A DNA stretch of 63,797 bases, the filler included, from Hyphochytrium catenoides (lineage: Eukaryota; Protista; Hyphochytriomycota): assembly GCA_900088475.1 (NCBI GenBank). It is 10 parts of 10 records of this genome, joined end to end, with 100 filler letters (N's around TTAATTAATTAA, not from the genome) between each part and the next. Parts side by side here need not be neighbours in the genome. Positions count along the whole stretch, not along the records: positions 18,911 to 28,726 come from FLMG01000522.1; positions 28,827 to 30,474 come from FLMG01003553.1; positions 30,575 to 52,470 come from FLMG01002190.1; 7 more parts are not named here. One strand, written 5' to 3'. Shown here piece by piece: positions 24,942 to 36,700 of the stretch. Every line of letters begins with the position of its first letter. The stretch's first letter is position 1. A program made the translations under genes and the position numbers. The notes beneath the pieces are model-generated. The model ran no database searches and was not told the origin of the DNA. It saw only the letters and a program-made list of their open reading frames with translations.

Positions 24942-26054
24942 ATGGCTCTGAAGGCGGAGTCAGCGGATCTTTTCTCTCTGTTGGAGAATCCCTCCATCTC
25001 GCTTGGTCAAGACTACGGGGAAGGAGATCTTTTGGATGTGCTGAACCTAAACTTTTCTTGGGAAGAGGAACAGGGAGAAGACTCTGGCGTGTTCTCGGGG
25101 ACAAGAGGATCTCTTTCTTTAGCACCTCTAACCGATGACTACAGCCTTCGAAGTAGCGTTGCCCTGTAAGTTCCTATCATTTCACTAGGTTATAGTGAGC
25201 GGTGGCGCTAATGCTCTGTGCTGTCATCCCTGTCAATCTTTATACCTTTTCAATGCACTATGTGCTTCAGGACACAAGAGCTGTACTCTCCTTCAAACCG
25301 GACAGACAGCGATGTCGTGAGCGACAGCATGGAGAGTGACAACAGCGAGCGGACACCAGATTTCTGTCCCCCAGCTCCCTCCAAACTAACAACCAAAAAG
25401 AGGAAAAGGCGTGATGAGACTGTAGAAAAGCTTCTAAGGAAAATCAAAAAGCTTGAGGAAGAAAATGCCAAGCTTACTTCTCAAGTGCGCGTTTTCTCCC
25501 ACACCAAATGCACCGAGAAGGAGGATGAAACCGATGCATTTGAAGCTATCAAGAGGGACAGGATCAAAACCGTCAAAGCCTTTACTCAGTCCCTTACCAC
25601 AGGAGGCTATGAAGAGTTCGAAGAGTACTTAGACGACGTTGTTCACGATGACATCGTCTCCATCACCTCCTCTTTTGGAGAAGTAAGGGGTAAAGAAGCA
25701 CAGAAGCGCGTTGTGGCTGCCTGGTTTCAAGCTTGCCCTGACTTCACCATCATCGCAAATGACGCGGTCCCTCTGCATGTCTCAGAGAAAGGAGACGTGC
25801 AAGTTCGACTAGACTGGACCGCCTGTGGCACCCACGCAGGGTGGATTGGCGGGATTCGACCCACTAAGCGCACATTGCAGTTTTCGGGATCCACTTTCTT
25901 CACCTTTGTTGGTCCGAAGGTCAAGGAGGCAATTTGGGTGTGGAAAGATGGCATCTTCAACAACCCCACGCTTAAGCAGCTCATTTTTGGCATGAACAAG
26001 ATTCATCATGCCAAGACAGGGGCGGATGGAGGGGATGAGTGTATAATTATGTAA
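24942..26054 (+). CDS. Basic patch/leucine-zipper protein fused to a SnoaL-like (ester cyclase, NTF2-fold) domain with C-terminal CaaX (CIIM); two exons
   Basis: Exon 1 24942-25165 joins exon 2 25271-26054 in phase 2 (CT|gtaag...ttcag|G); KKRKRR-DETVEKL-LRKIKKL-EEENAKL; ACPDF...GDVQVRLDWTACGTHAGWIGGIRPTKRTLQFSGSTFFTFVGPKVKEAIW; ends CIIM-TAA. Confidence 0.85.
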
Positions 26055-27317
26055 GGCAGGGTAGAGACATCTCTCTCCTTCCCAAGAGGCTGTTGCAGGG
26101 TAAACAACGTGTCCGGTTCTTTCGGTGATGATAGGAAGAGCAGCAGACACTGGCGCCGACCATTCTCCGTGCTTACGCGATTCTTGTATGACTAGTATTT
26201 ATGAGCTTTTTTGACAGCATAATTTTGGTGTTTCTTACCTCTATCTCTAAAGCATGGTAACCAGTCTATGCGTATGTCTAAGTAACGCCAACATGCTTCT
26301 GTGTAGCGGTGAATGGAGGAGTTTTCTTGTCATGGCCCCGTGGACGTCATACTGATAAAGATTGTGACGAGGAATGGGGATGTGGTGGATTTACCCCTTG
26401 AATATATGCTTATGATACCTGTTGATTGTAGTTCTACGAAAGCGGTCTACGTCTTCGGGGCGATCCAATTTTGCTAAGAAGTGACTGCCAAAACAGTGGG
26501 ATGGAGAAAAGGAGAGCAAGCAGCAGCGCTCCAAGGAGGAGGAAAGCGGCGACGTAGAAGGCAAATGACCTTGCTACGTACTCAAGCATGACACTGCACT
26601 GACGAGAGGCAGCGCTCACGAGCTGGCTTTGTGTGTATGCCCTTTCATTTATTGAGACCATCAGTTGCTACATATAGTTTGATTACTACAGGAATAGATA
26701 TTGGTTTAAAAGGTAGTCAGTGATCAGTTAATGATTATCAGACTAAGTTATATGGCCGTTACTGGTCGATATCTGCATTGGCGCGATGGCATGAAGCGAC
26801 ACTGCCCACCCCGCGGATGATAAAGGCCTTATTATTATTAGAGACCAGAGAGGAGAGGACTCAGCGATAGAGAGAAGAGAGCCATGGTCCGGGGAGGACA
26901 GCTCAATAGAAGGGGAGGAAAGAGAACAACGGGGGATGGATGGAAGGAGGACAGAGAAGCACATCGGGGACATAGGGAGCAGGTCGTGCGTGACGCCAGG
27001 TAGAAGCAGCAAGAGGCGCTGAGCTTCGAGCCCGAAGAGAGAGCGGTCAGAGGACAGAGTAGAGCTTCAAGTAGGAGGCAGATAGTAGGACAAGAGTGGC
27101 GGAGACTACCGAGAGAGAGGAGAGGGAAGAGAGACAGTAAGGAAAGGAAAAGTGTCATAAAAAGGTGTTCTGAGATTCAACACTGTCGCTTAGTTGGAGC
27201 AAAGGACTATTCTCTTCATTCACCATTGAGTTTCCTTGTAAAGTCCGCAGTTATGACAGACCCTTGGTTTGAGAGAGAAGACGAAGATGAGCTCAGACAG
27301 TCGTTGGTCTCTTCTTC

Positions 27318-27628
27318 ATGGGGGACGGATTCATGAAGCTGGGCTTTCGCAGAGGAAAGATGGAGCTGCGGGAAGAGATAGCTGCCTTGCAGCTGAAGAT
27401 ATACAAACTAGAGTCCGAGTGCCATCAGCAGGTAAGATAACAGGAGGCTCTTGGAGAGATTGAACCTTATTGTAGAGGAGGATATACACAGCAGAGGTGG
27501 AATGGACTCCAGTACGGTTTGCTGGAAAGAAAGGGAGGAGGAGGAGAAAGGTTTGGGGCTAATCAGAGGAAACGAGGTGGATTGAGATGAGGTTCGAGAA
27601 GTAACGCCAGAGAAGGGGAGAGAAAGAA

Positions 27629-27680
<52 letters not shown>

Positions 27681-28726
27681 AGAGAGAGAGAGAGACGATC
27701 CGCTGTACACTGTCTATTGAAAGGACAGACGAGGAGTTGTCCATGGCAGCTGGTGAGACGAGCCAAAAGTAGTAGAGAGGGAAGGTACTGGCCTCTTGCT
27801 CGATCAATAGTGTCAGAGGGGTAGTGAATCTTCCCGAGCCGCCCTTCTCGGGAGACCCCTCTTAACGCTCGGCATACAGGCAGTAGCACTCAACGCCTTG
27901 CACGGGTCGGGGCAGCAGCGCCTCATCCGAGAAAGAGGTAAGACGTGAGGAATAGACTTAATTGCACAGAAAAAAAGTAGGAAAAGAAGGCTGAGGCGAG
28001 TAGGCAGAGACTGCGGCAGTAGATGAAATGAGGGAAAAGGGAAAAGCCTCATCTGCACCAAGCGCTGACATGGTCTCTCTATTGCTACGTTAGGCTATGA
28101 AGCAACACACAGAGAAGCTAAGAAAACTCTTGAATGTCTAAGGCAACACCGAGACCACCTCGTGTACCAGCTAGAGGACGATGTGCCACCTGTGGCGGAG
28201 GAAGCGAGAAGAAAGGTAGGGCAAAGGTTAGCCTCGGCCCGACGTAGAGTCAGCAGTGGGAGAGAAGTAGAGCGAGACAACCGGTCGAGCACGTCACCAG
28301 TGCTCTATCTCACGTCCGGGCTTCTCAGGATCACTTTTGGACGCGCAGCGATGTCGAGCAGGCCTTACAGCCCCGGCCGTTCACCGACAAGTCATCCCTC
28401 TCTCTGTTCCAGGCATTTAGAGAGTTAGATTCTGAAGACTATAGAGGACACAACGACTTAGTTCACCCTAAAGTCCAGTTGGAGAAGAGAGAAAAGGGCC
28501 TAGAGCAAAGGCATAAAGAAAGTGAGAAGGTTGCCGAACCTCTCTCCTCGGGAAGTCCGGCAGGTAACACATCAGATGATGTCTTTAAGTCTCTCTCTCT
28601 TTCTCTCACACGCTCTCTCTCTCTCTGTGTCTCTCTTTCAGCTTGTCCTGCCTCCTATTCTGTTGTAGGTTCTGAGTGTACATCGTCAGACCCATTAGAT
28701 AGCGGTTGGAAGCGAGTGTCGGTGAA
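27318..28726 (+). CDS. Hypothetical multi-exon protein with N-terminal coiled coil, truncated by contig end
   Basis: Phase-consistent exons MGDGFMKLGFRRGKMELREEIAALQLKIYKLESECHQQ|CQRGSESSRAALLGRPLL...RERG|YEATHREAKKTLECL...ARRK|DHFWTRSDVEQALQ...; no recognisable family. Confidence 0.5.
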
Positions 28727-28826
28727 NNNNNNNNNNNNNNNNNNNNNNNNNNNNNNNNNNNNNNNNNNNNTTAATTAATTAANNNNNNNNNNNNNNNNNN
28801 NNNNNNNNNNNNNNNNNNNNNNNNNN

Positions 28827-30184
28827 ATAGATTTTAAATTATTATGGTATCCAATGAAAATTTGCGGGTTTTTTGCTTTTACTAATTGTTGACAAATTTT
28901 ATGTTTACCTTCTGCAATTTGTTTTAACAGTTCTGTTGAAAGTCCGTATTGTTGCATTGGGTATGTATTTTTTAAAAAATTCCCGATATATACAATTGTT
29001 GTAACATTTTCTGTAATATTTTTTTTAATTTTAATATTTAAATTTGGAATTTCATAACGTAAATTAGAAGATATAATTAAAATAAAATCACTTGTTTCAG
29101 CCATTTCAAAATTATTTGGGAATTTATAATTAAATTCAAAATCATAATTATTCATGTTTAAAGAGACACTTTGAATTGATTCAACTCCTAAAGAATAACC
29201 TAAATGTTGAAAGAATGCTAATGATTCTAAATCTAAATCGTTGTCGCAAATAAAACGAAATTGTGTTTTTTTATATTTTTTACAAGAATTTATTTCGTTA
29301 AGCAGTAAAAAAAAATTTAGACTTGTTTTTTTTTTCGTTAATGTTTGTTTAAAAAAACATGAAGAAATTTGTTGTGTTTTTAAGCCATCAAAAAAATAAC
29401 GTGCTTTATCTGTAATCCAAACATCATTTATATGTGGACAAGATTTCGGAGAAATACGAACAATTTCATTATTAAAAATATCGATTTTAATATTTGCTCC
29501 TGCAGCATCATTTAAATCGAAAGAATAATAAGATGTTAAATCCCACGGACGTGCTAAAAAAGCATATGGTTTTGATGTTAATGCACCAACAGGGCATAAA
29601 TCAATAATATTACCAGATAATTCATTTTTTAAAATATGATTAATATAAAAACCAATTTCTGTTGAAACTCCACGACCAGATGTTCCTAAAGTACCATCAC
29701 CTGCAATTTGTTCAATAAATCTAACACAACGGGTACATTGAATGCATCTTGTCATAACTGTTTTAATTATGGCATTAAAATATTTATCTTCTACCACTCT
29801 TTTATTTTTATGATAAAAACGCGTACGATCAGAACCATACATAAAAGTTTGATCTTGTAAATCACATTCACCTCCTTGGTCACAAATCGGACAATCTAGT
29901 GGATGGTTTATTAATAAAAATTCTAAAACGCTTTCTCTTGCTTTTCGAACTAAAGGTGTATTTGTATATATAACCATGTTATCTCCTGCAGGCATGGAGC
30001 AAGAAACGATTGGTTTAGGAAATTTTTCTATTTCAACTAAACACATTCTACAATTTCCAGCAACAAAAAGTTCTTTATGATAACAAAATCTTGGGATATC
30101 TTCTTTTAAATATTCACAAACTTGTAAAACGCTATTTCCTTTATTTACTAAAAGAATTTTATTATTAATTGTAATCGTTATCAT
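28827..30184 (-). CDS. nad11: Mitochondrial NADH dehydrogenase subunit 11 (75 kDa, NuoG homologue), 3' truncated by contig end
   Basis: IPRFCYHKELFVAGNCRMCLVE, NHPLDCPICDQGGECDLQD, MTRCIQCTRCVRF, IDLCPVGALTSKPY; very AT-rich and intronless; likely start MITITINN at 30184. Confidence 0.95.
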
Positions 30185-30235
30185 TTTAAAATAAAATTTT
30201 AGTTTTTTTATCATAAAAATACAATATTTTTGAAT

Positions 30236-30322
30236 TGAAAAGGATGGGATTCGAACCCATGACATATAAATATATGTTTTGGTTTAGCAAACCAACACTT
30301 TCAACCGCTCAGTCACCTTTTC
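30236..30322 (-). tRNA. trnS: Mitochondrial tRNA-Ser(GCU)
   Basis: GAAAAGG...CCTTTTC acceptor stem, TTGGT-TTGCTAA-ACCAA anticodon arm, long variable arm, GGTTCGAATCC T loop. Confidence 0.92.
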
Positions 30323-30335
30323 TTTTTAAGTTTAT

Positions 30336-30417
30336 TGAAAGGGGCAGGATTCGAACCTGCGTAGACAATGTCAATAGATTTACAGTCTATCGCTTTTAAC
30401 CACTCAGCCACCCTTTC
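30336..30417 (-). tRNA. trnY: Mitochondrial tRNA-Tyr(GUA)
   Basis: GAAAGGG...CCCTTTC acceptor stem, ATAGA-CTGTAAA-TCTAT anticodon arm, bacterial-type long variable arm, GGTTCGAATCC. Confidence 0.93.
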
Positions 30418-30974
30418 TTTCTAATATAATAGTATTTAAAAAAGATTAAAGGTGTTCAATGAAATTTAAATGATNNNNNNNNNNNNNNNNNNNNNNNNNN
30501 NNNNNNNNNNNNNNNNNNTTAATTAATTAANNNNNNNNNNNNNNNNNNNNNNNNNNNNNNNNNNNNNNNNNNNNCTTCCTGGTTTCTCAATAGACCGCAT
30601 CCCTTATCCAGACCCTGCGGCCCTCTCTCTAAGAGAGTAGCATGGCAGCGCTAAACTTGCTGAGAATCTGGAATCAGGGCTTGAAAGTTGTTCTTCCACT
30701 TTTTCTCTCTCTCTTTCTCTGTCTTTGTCTCCTCATTCCGGGCAAGAGCTTGTCTTTGCAGGCCTCCCTCACGCTGCACTTTTAGGAGTTCACCGCTCAG
30801 ACAGGAGCTGGACCGCAGCGCGATCGAGAGAGCACACGCCGCTCAACTTCCCTCTTGTAAGAAGTTGCGGCCTAGTCAAAAGGGCGGAAGGACGCTGTAC
30901 CGTCCTCCTGTTTCTCTCTTTGTCTCTCCCTCGCGCGCACTCTATCTCTCTCCGTGGCGATCGTATGTTTCCCG

Positions 30975-31647
30975 TCATTGCCCGTGGCTCAACTTCTCAG
31001 TGGCAGAAGAGTGCTCCTTCTTCCTCTTCTGCGCTGTCATCTCTTGGGCTGGGAAAACTCCATCGCTTGCCGATGATCCTCCTCCCTCTCTCCTCACAGC
31101 GCCAGTGTTGCTCTCTGCAAAGTGCGCGAGACAGAGGTTGTCTCTCTTCGCAAAGCGCTGACAGTTGGGCCGCAGACATTTTCTCTCTACCGTCGAGTGA
31201 TGCCGCTTGCACATCCCTTCTCGCACTGCGTGCTTTGTACAGCCTTCCACCCAGCAGCGAAGAAAGCCTCCGTGAGCTTTACAAAGCCCTTCTTTCGCAG
31301 CGAAGGTGGCGCAGCCTGGAGAACTGCAGATCTTTCTCCTTCCTAAAGCAGCAGCAGCAGCAGCTTTCGGTGTGCCTTCAGAGTTATCTGTGTAGAGAGA
31401 AAAGAGAGAGAGAGAAAGAAGAGAGAGAGAGAGAGAGAGATTGATCAGAAGAAGAAGAAGCGATATTATAAATGCATCTCATCCGCCAAGGACGCGGGCA
31501 ACCAAGAGGAAGGAAGAGACCTGACAGAGAGAAAGATAAGAAGACAATTGACACAAGAGGAGGCAGTCAAGAGGGGAAAGAAAGGGAGACGGAGAAAGAA
31601 AGAGAAACAGATCAAAACCAAACATCAGAAATAAGAGAGAGGGAAAG

Positions 31648-31680
<33 letters not shown>

Positions 31681-31917
31681 ACCCCATCTCTCCTTAAACT
31701 TTATTTCCTGTCTGTCTCACTAGGTCTCACCTCTCTCGTCACTGCTGCCATCTGAGTGTTTCTTGCTCTCTAACTCAGGAGCGGACTTGGCTACTCTCTT
31801 CTCTCTCTCCTTCCTGGCCTGCCCGTCTTTTGTCTCTGTCTTCTCTCCTCTCTTCTCCATCTTCACGCCTCGAGAACATTTCTCTTCCTTGGGTGACGTC
31901 TTCGGTATGGGCGCCAT
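30975..31917 (-). CDS. Small basic protein with three C-x4-C-x9-C-x2-H repeats (WRKY19-like zinc-binding repeats); two exons
   Basis: Exon 31917-31731 joins exon 31387-30975 in phase 1; CSSPGCATFAAKEGLCKAHGG, CWVEGCTKHAVREGMCKRH, CLRPNCQRFAKRDNLCLAH; upstream exons possible. Confidence 0.75.
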
Positions 31918-33659
31918 AGCAGTTACTTGAAAGCCTCGGAGAGATGAAGACGAAGACTCTTTCTTCGTCTCTCCTTTCTTCTTATCTCTTTTTATCTCTA
32001 TCCAGCTCTTTTCTTCTCTTTCTCTTTTTGTTAATGTAAATTCCCTACTTCTCTCTCCCTGCCGTCGCCCCACTTTCTCTCTTTCTCTCTCTCTCTTTAA
32101 AGAAGCTAGGAAGAGGAGAGAGGACAGCACAGGCTGTTGCCTTTCGGACACCAATTTCTAGGGCTCCACATCGGCAAACTTCTTTGGGAAGAAAGGAGAA
32201 ACAGAGAGAGAGAGAGAGAGAGAGAGAAAAAGACGATTTCTTAACAATAAGGTGGTCAAGAGAGAGAGAGAGAGGTAGTTACATCGAGCGCGGAGATGTG
32301 CAAAAGGAAAAGAATCGTATCCCTCTTCTGCTTTTTTTAACCTTCTCTTCTCTTTCTCTGGCTAACCAAGGGAAGTCTCTTTCTTCTTCTTTTGCTGACC
32401 GAGCACCTATCTACTCGGCTCGCTGGCCCGAGAGTAGCCTTCTTGCAGCAAACTTTCTCTTTGTTTTCTCTCTCCTAGAGGCATGCCGCTTCACAGAGTT
32501 TTAGGAGGGAAAGAGGGAAAGAGAGAGAGAGAAAGAGAGAGAGGGAGAACTGTAGGTAGGTGGGGAAAGAAAGGATAAGAGGGGCTTTACGGCCTAGTGG
32601 TGGGGAAGGATTGGACGGATAAAGAGAGAGAGAGAGAAGAGAGAGAAATCTGTCTCTTCCTTCTACTCGTGGCGGCACCTGGTGGTGCCTACCCAAGGAA
32701 TGATGAGAGAAAGAGAGAACAACAGAGAGAGAGAAGGAAAGTGGGGACCAAACCCGCTAGTCGTCGACCAGAAAAGAGAATGAAAGAGAAAGAACGAGAG
32801 AGGTGCCCACAGCTCTCTCCTTCTTGAGCTGCCCAAATAGAGAGAGAGTACCTGCCGCGCTGCCTGATTACGACGACAGATGGAGAGAAAGAGAGTCTGA
32901 TCTACAACAGAGACGTCTCCCTGTTTGTCGAGAAGGGCAGAAGAGAGAAAAGAGAGAGAGAGAGAGAGCTTCCTCTGGCTGGGAGAAGAAAGAAAACTGC
33001 GCTGTGTATAGCCTCTCTTCCCCGTTCTCCTCGACGCTGTTGGCGCTTTCACTTGTCACCTCAGTGGTTGTTGGCCTGCTACTGAAATAGAACACTAACG
33101 AGACTGGCTTGTTGTCTTTGCTCTTTTGTTCTCTCTCTCTCTCTGTCCCTCTCTCTCTTCACTTTCTCTCTTTTCCACTCTCCAGCCAGCTGTTGGCTGC
33201 AGGCAGGAGGCAGAGAGGTGCTGGTCGTCTTCTTTCTTCTTTATATATTCTTCTGTTTTGTTGGCTAGATGGCGACACAATATCTCTCTCTCTCTCTTTC
33301 TCTNNNNNNNNNNNNNNNNNNNNNNNNNNNNNNNNNNNNNNNNNNNNNNNNNNNNNNNNNNNNNNNNNNNNNNNNNNNNCTCTTTTCTTTCTGACTTCAC
33401 CCGTTCTACTTGCTCGTTATCCTTTCCTGATCGTGTGCCCTGCAACTCCTCTGTCTCGTCTCTCCAAGGTTTGCCTCAAATCTCCTCTTATTCTGTCTCT
33501 ATTTTACCACTCCTATTTCTCTCTCTCTCCTCCCTCTCTTCCTCGCTCTCTTTCTCTCTCTTCTCTCTCTCTCTCTTCTCCCCTCTTTCGTTATTCTATC
33601 TCTTCTCCCCTCATTTCACACGCCATTATTGTGCCCTAATAAGAGTGCATTCTTCCATC

Positions 33660-33701
<42 letters not shown>

Positions 33702-36700
33702 GTGTTGCTCTTTTGGATGCTTGTGCTCTCTCCCACTGGCAATTTTCTTTTTGCCTTCTACATAGAGAGCTGAATGACTATACAGTACAAGTACTAAATA
33801 TCTTAGGGCACACCCCTTAGCCCGGTTTATTGGTACCATCTCTCTGACTCTTTCTCTCTCTCTGACTCTTTCTCTCTCTAGCCACACGACTATCCTTATT
33901 TGACGTCTTTCTTTGCGCGCTCTCTGTCTGTTCTCTCTCCCTCCCTCCTCTTACACTCTCGTGTGTTTTTTCTCTCTCTCTCTCTCTCCCCCTCTCTCTC
34001 CTCTCGCTCTCTCTCGCTCTTCGGCTCTTTCTCTCTCTCTTTCTTTCTCTTTCTCTCTTTCTTTTTCTCTCGCTCTCTCCCATTGAAGTCCCCTCTATCT
34101 AGTCTGTCCTATCTTGGTGCCAAGATCACTCGCTCTTTACGGTCTGAAGTTCCTTTCCTTTTTCTCGGTCTGCTGTATGCCTAACATAAATGCGGGTGAG
34201 TCCACCACTCAGCTCCACTCTGTCTCCCAGACGTTCTTACTCTGTCTTTGTTGAATTGTCGTTGTGGGAGTAGATTTACTCCTCTTCTCTCTTCCTGCTC
34301 CAAAAGCATCTCTTAGCCGTAGAACTATTCTAAAGAAGTCTGTTGTTCCACTCTGTCTCTGCTACAACGTTTCTCTGTCTCTCACACTGCTACCTTCCCT
34401 GTACTTGAACCAGTAGCAGTAATAATAGCTTCTGATCCGCAAGAGCGGGAGCTTGGTAGGCTATTTACAGGTGAAACTACATAGTCAGATTGCAAAAGGA
34501 GAGGCGTATTATTAGTGCAGTGATTTACACATCGCTATGGGGAGCAGCTCAGTCCAAAACACACCAGACAGGGGGGCGGTCTAATAATACGCGCCAGAAC
34601 GAATCCATAGGATGTAGGAAACATAGTCTAAGACTGCAGTAGTAATACAGCCTTCGAGTCTGCCCTCGGAAGTAGCAATAAGGCTTGAAGCCTTACGTTC
34701 CTAGGGATAGCGGTCATGAGCCCTATAGTAGTATGCCTGCTCCTCTACATAGAATGTCAGCCGTGTCCATAGAGACAGGCCACAGCTCGCCAGCCCTGCA
34801 CAGCGTTCCCCACCCACCGCGCTCGAACCAGTCACAAACAGCTGATCTTTCTGTCATCCATGTCGCACATGCAAGTACCAGTATAAACCAGGCAGTTCGC
34901 CAACCTTGACGCATGATTACACGTTTACACCAATCCCCACAGCGCCCACCCACTCGGTTAAACCACTCTCTATATATTTAGTCCGTCATTTCTACCAGCA
35001 CTTCCCCTTAGCTCTTGCAACCACCCATCCTTCACATATCCCTAACTCGAATGTGGAGGTGTGCGTTGTTGTTGTGACATTAGACAGTTTAAAATGTAGG
35101 GGATGTTTTGGCTGTATCTGCGGCTGGCTCTGCCAAAATACTTTTTTGTGTGGGTTGTCACAACCCTTCTAGCCGAATCTAACGTATAACACAGTAATAC
35201 TGTGGTAGGTGGTCTTCACGGACAGGTTTCATTCCTTCACAAGGTTGATGGGCAGCCTGCAACTAGATAGAAAGACTGATATAGTAATAGTTGGAGGTTC
35301 CAGTTGTAATAACGGACAGTACTGCAGTAGTAGTACTTATTGTAGGGTCAGGAAAAGGAAGGAAGAGTGGCAACCCAATCTCAGTCTCGCGCCTGCATCA
35401 CGCTCGTCCTCAGCCCACAGCATATGAGCTAATAAGGGCCACAGCCTGGGAGCTTGCTTTCTTCTGGTTATTATTATAATAAAAAAATATAAAAGGTTAG
35501 TGCGATTGTTACTCCATAGCGTCGTACTCCTATAGAATATTGCGAACTAGGAGTTCTCGTAGGTACAGTTAGGGGTTCAAGACAAGGGGAAGGACACCCT
35601 GCCGTACATATTCTCAGCCTAAAGTATCCTCGGCGGACAATTGTATACTTGACCTATTGTACGGAGTAATAAAATACCTAACGCCTTACCAGCAGAATGG
35701 CACGTTTTAAAAATAACCGGAGACTTTGTGGGTTTTATAAAACGCTAGGCAATGGCCCTACAGTTAGGGGTTTAAACTTCCTGTGAATTTAGGGTTTTAC
35801 TCTTCTCCTGACAGTGTATAGGGTTAGGTGGGGGGTCGTGTATATATGGTGAGGTCCCAAACATCACATGCTCCTAGTTTTAACAAAGGGGAACTCTTTC
35901 ATGACTATAGAAACTCCTTACATTATATATGGAGTAGAAGAACAAATATCCGTCCTCTTTTCCCTTTTTTCAGTTGGCCCCTCCTCCCTCCATGTCCACC
36001 CTCCATCTTCTGCCCGATGATGTCGACTACTCTCTGAGAAAAGTGTTGTTCGGCGTGAGGGCGACATTCCTACGAAGGCCCCTTTTTGAGTGATTCACCT
36101 GTTCTGGAAAGATAGCGATCACGCGATGAAGTTTAGTTCTTGAAGAAGGAAATTGCTGTCTAGCGGCTCTTCCAGAAGAAAAGCCAGACAGGATGGAAGT
36201 GGAATCCTGTGAAGGAAAATTGCTTCTTCTTCTCCTCTTCGTTCTTCCTTCGTGAAAAGAGGACGATGACGATGATAGCCGTTGTTGGAATAGCAGTAAG
36301 AAGACTGTTACGCCGTCTAAAGCTAGTTGCGCAGATTAGGCGGATGTCTTGCTACCGGGTGGATGATGATTGATGACGTACCAAATGATATCTGGTGGAT
36401 CCTGGAGTGGATATTTTATATGCAAATAAATAGAGCCTAACTAGGGCTACTTCCAAGCTGAGACGACTGTATGCAATAGGTATAATCCAGATAGAAGAGG
36501 AAGAAGAAGAAGGAGGAGGAGACAGGAAATACTATGATAAGAAGCTAGCAATGTGGATTCGACTGGAATGGTGGTTCTGTAAGAGTCTAAGGCACGAGAT
36601 CCTTGTTGCTCTGGACAGGATGTGATCTTTTTGATGAACCATCATCATCACTGCCAACCAATCTTCTCACACATTCATGTGTGTTCCTTTGTAGTGCCTT

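Noticed and set aside
30185-30265. N-terminal extension of nad11 in the ORF track
   Set aside because: Overlaps tRNA-Ser; homology begins at the ATG at 30184
28827-30474. NUMT or bacterial nuoG insertion in the nuclear genome
   Set aside because: Bounded by linkers on both sides with intact frame and tRNAs; best read as a separate mitochondrial contig
32184-34184. Many LSLSLS/ERERER ORFs here and across the window
   Set aside because: Translations of (CT)n/(GA)n microsatellites
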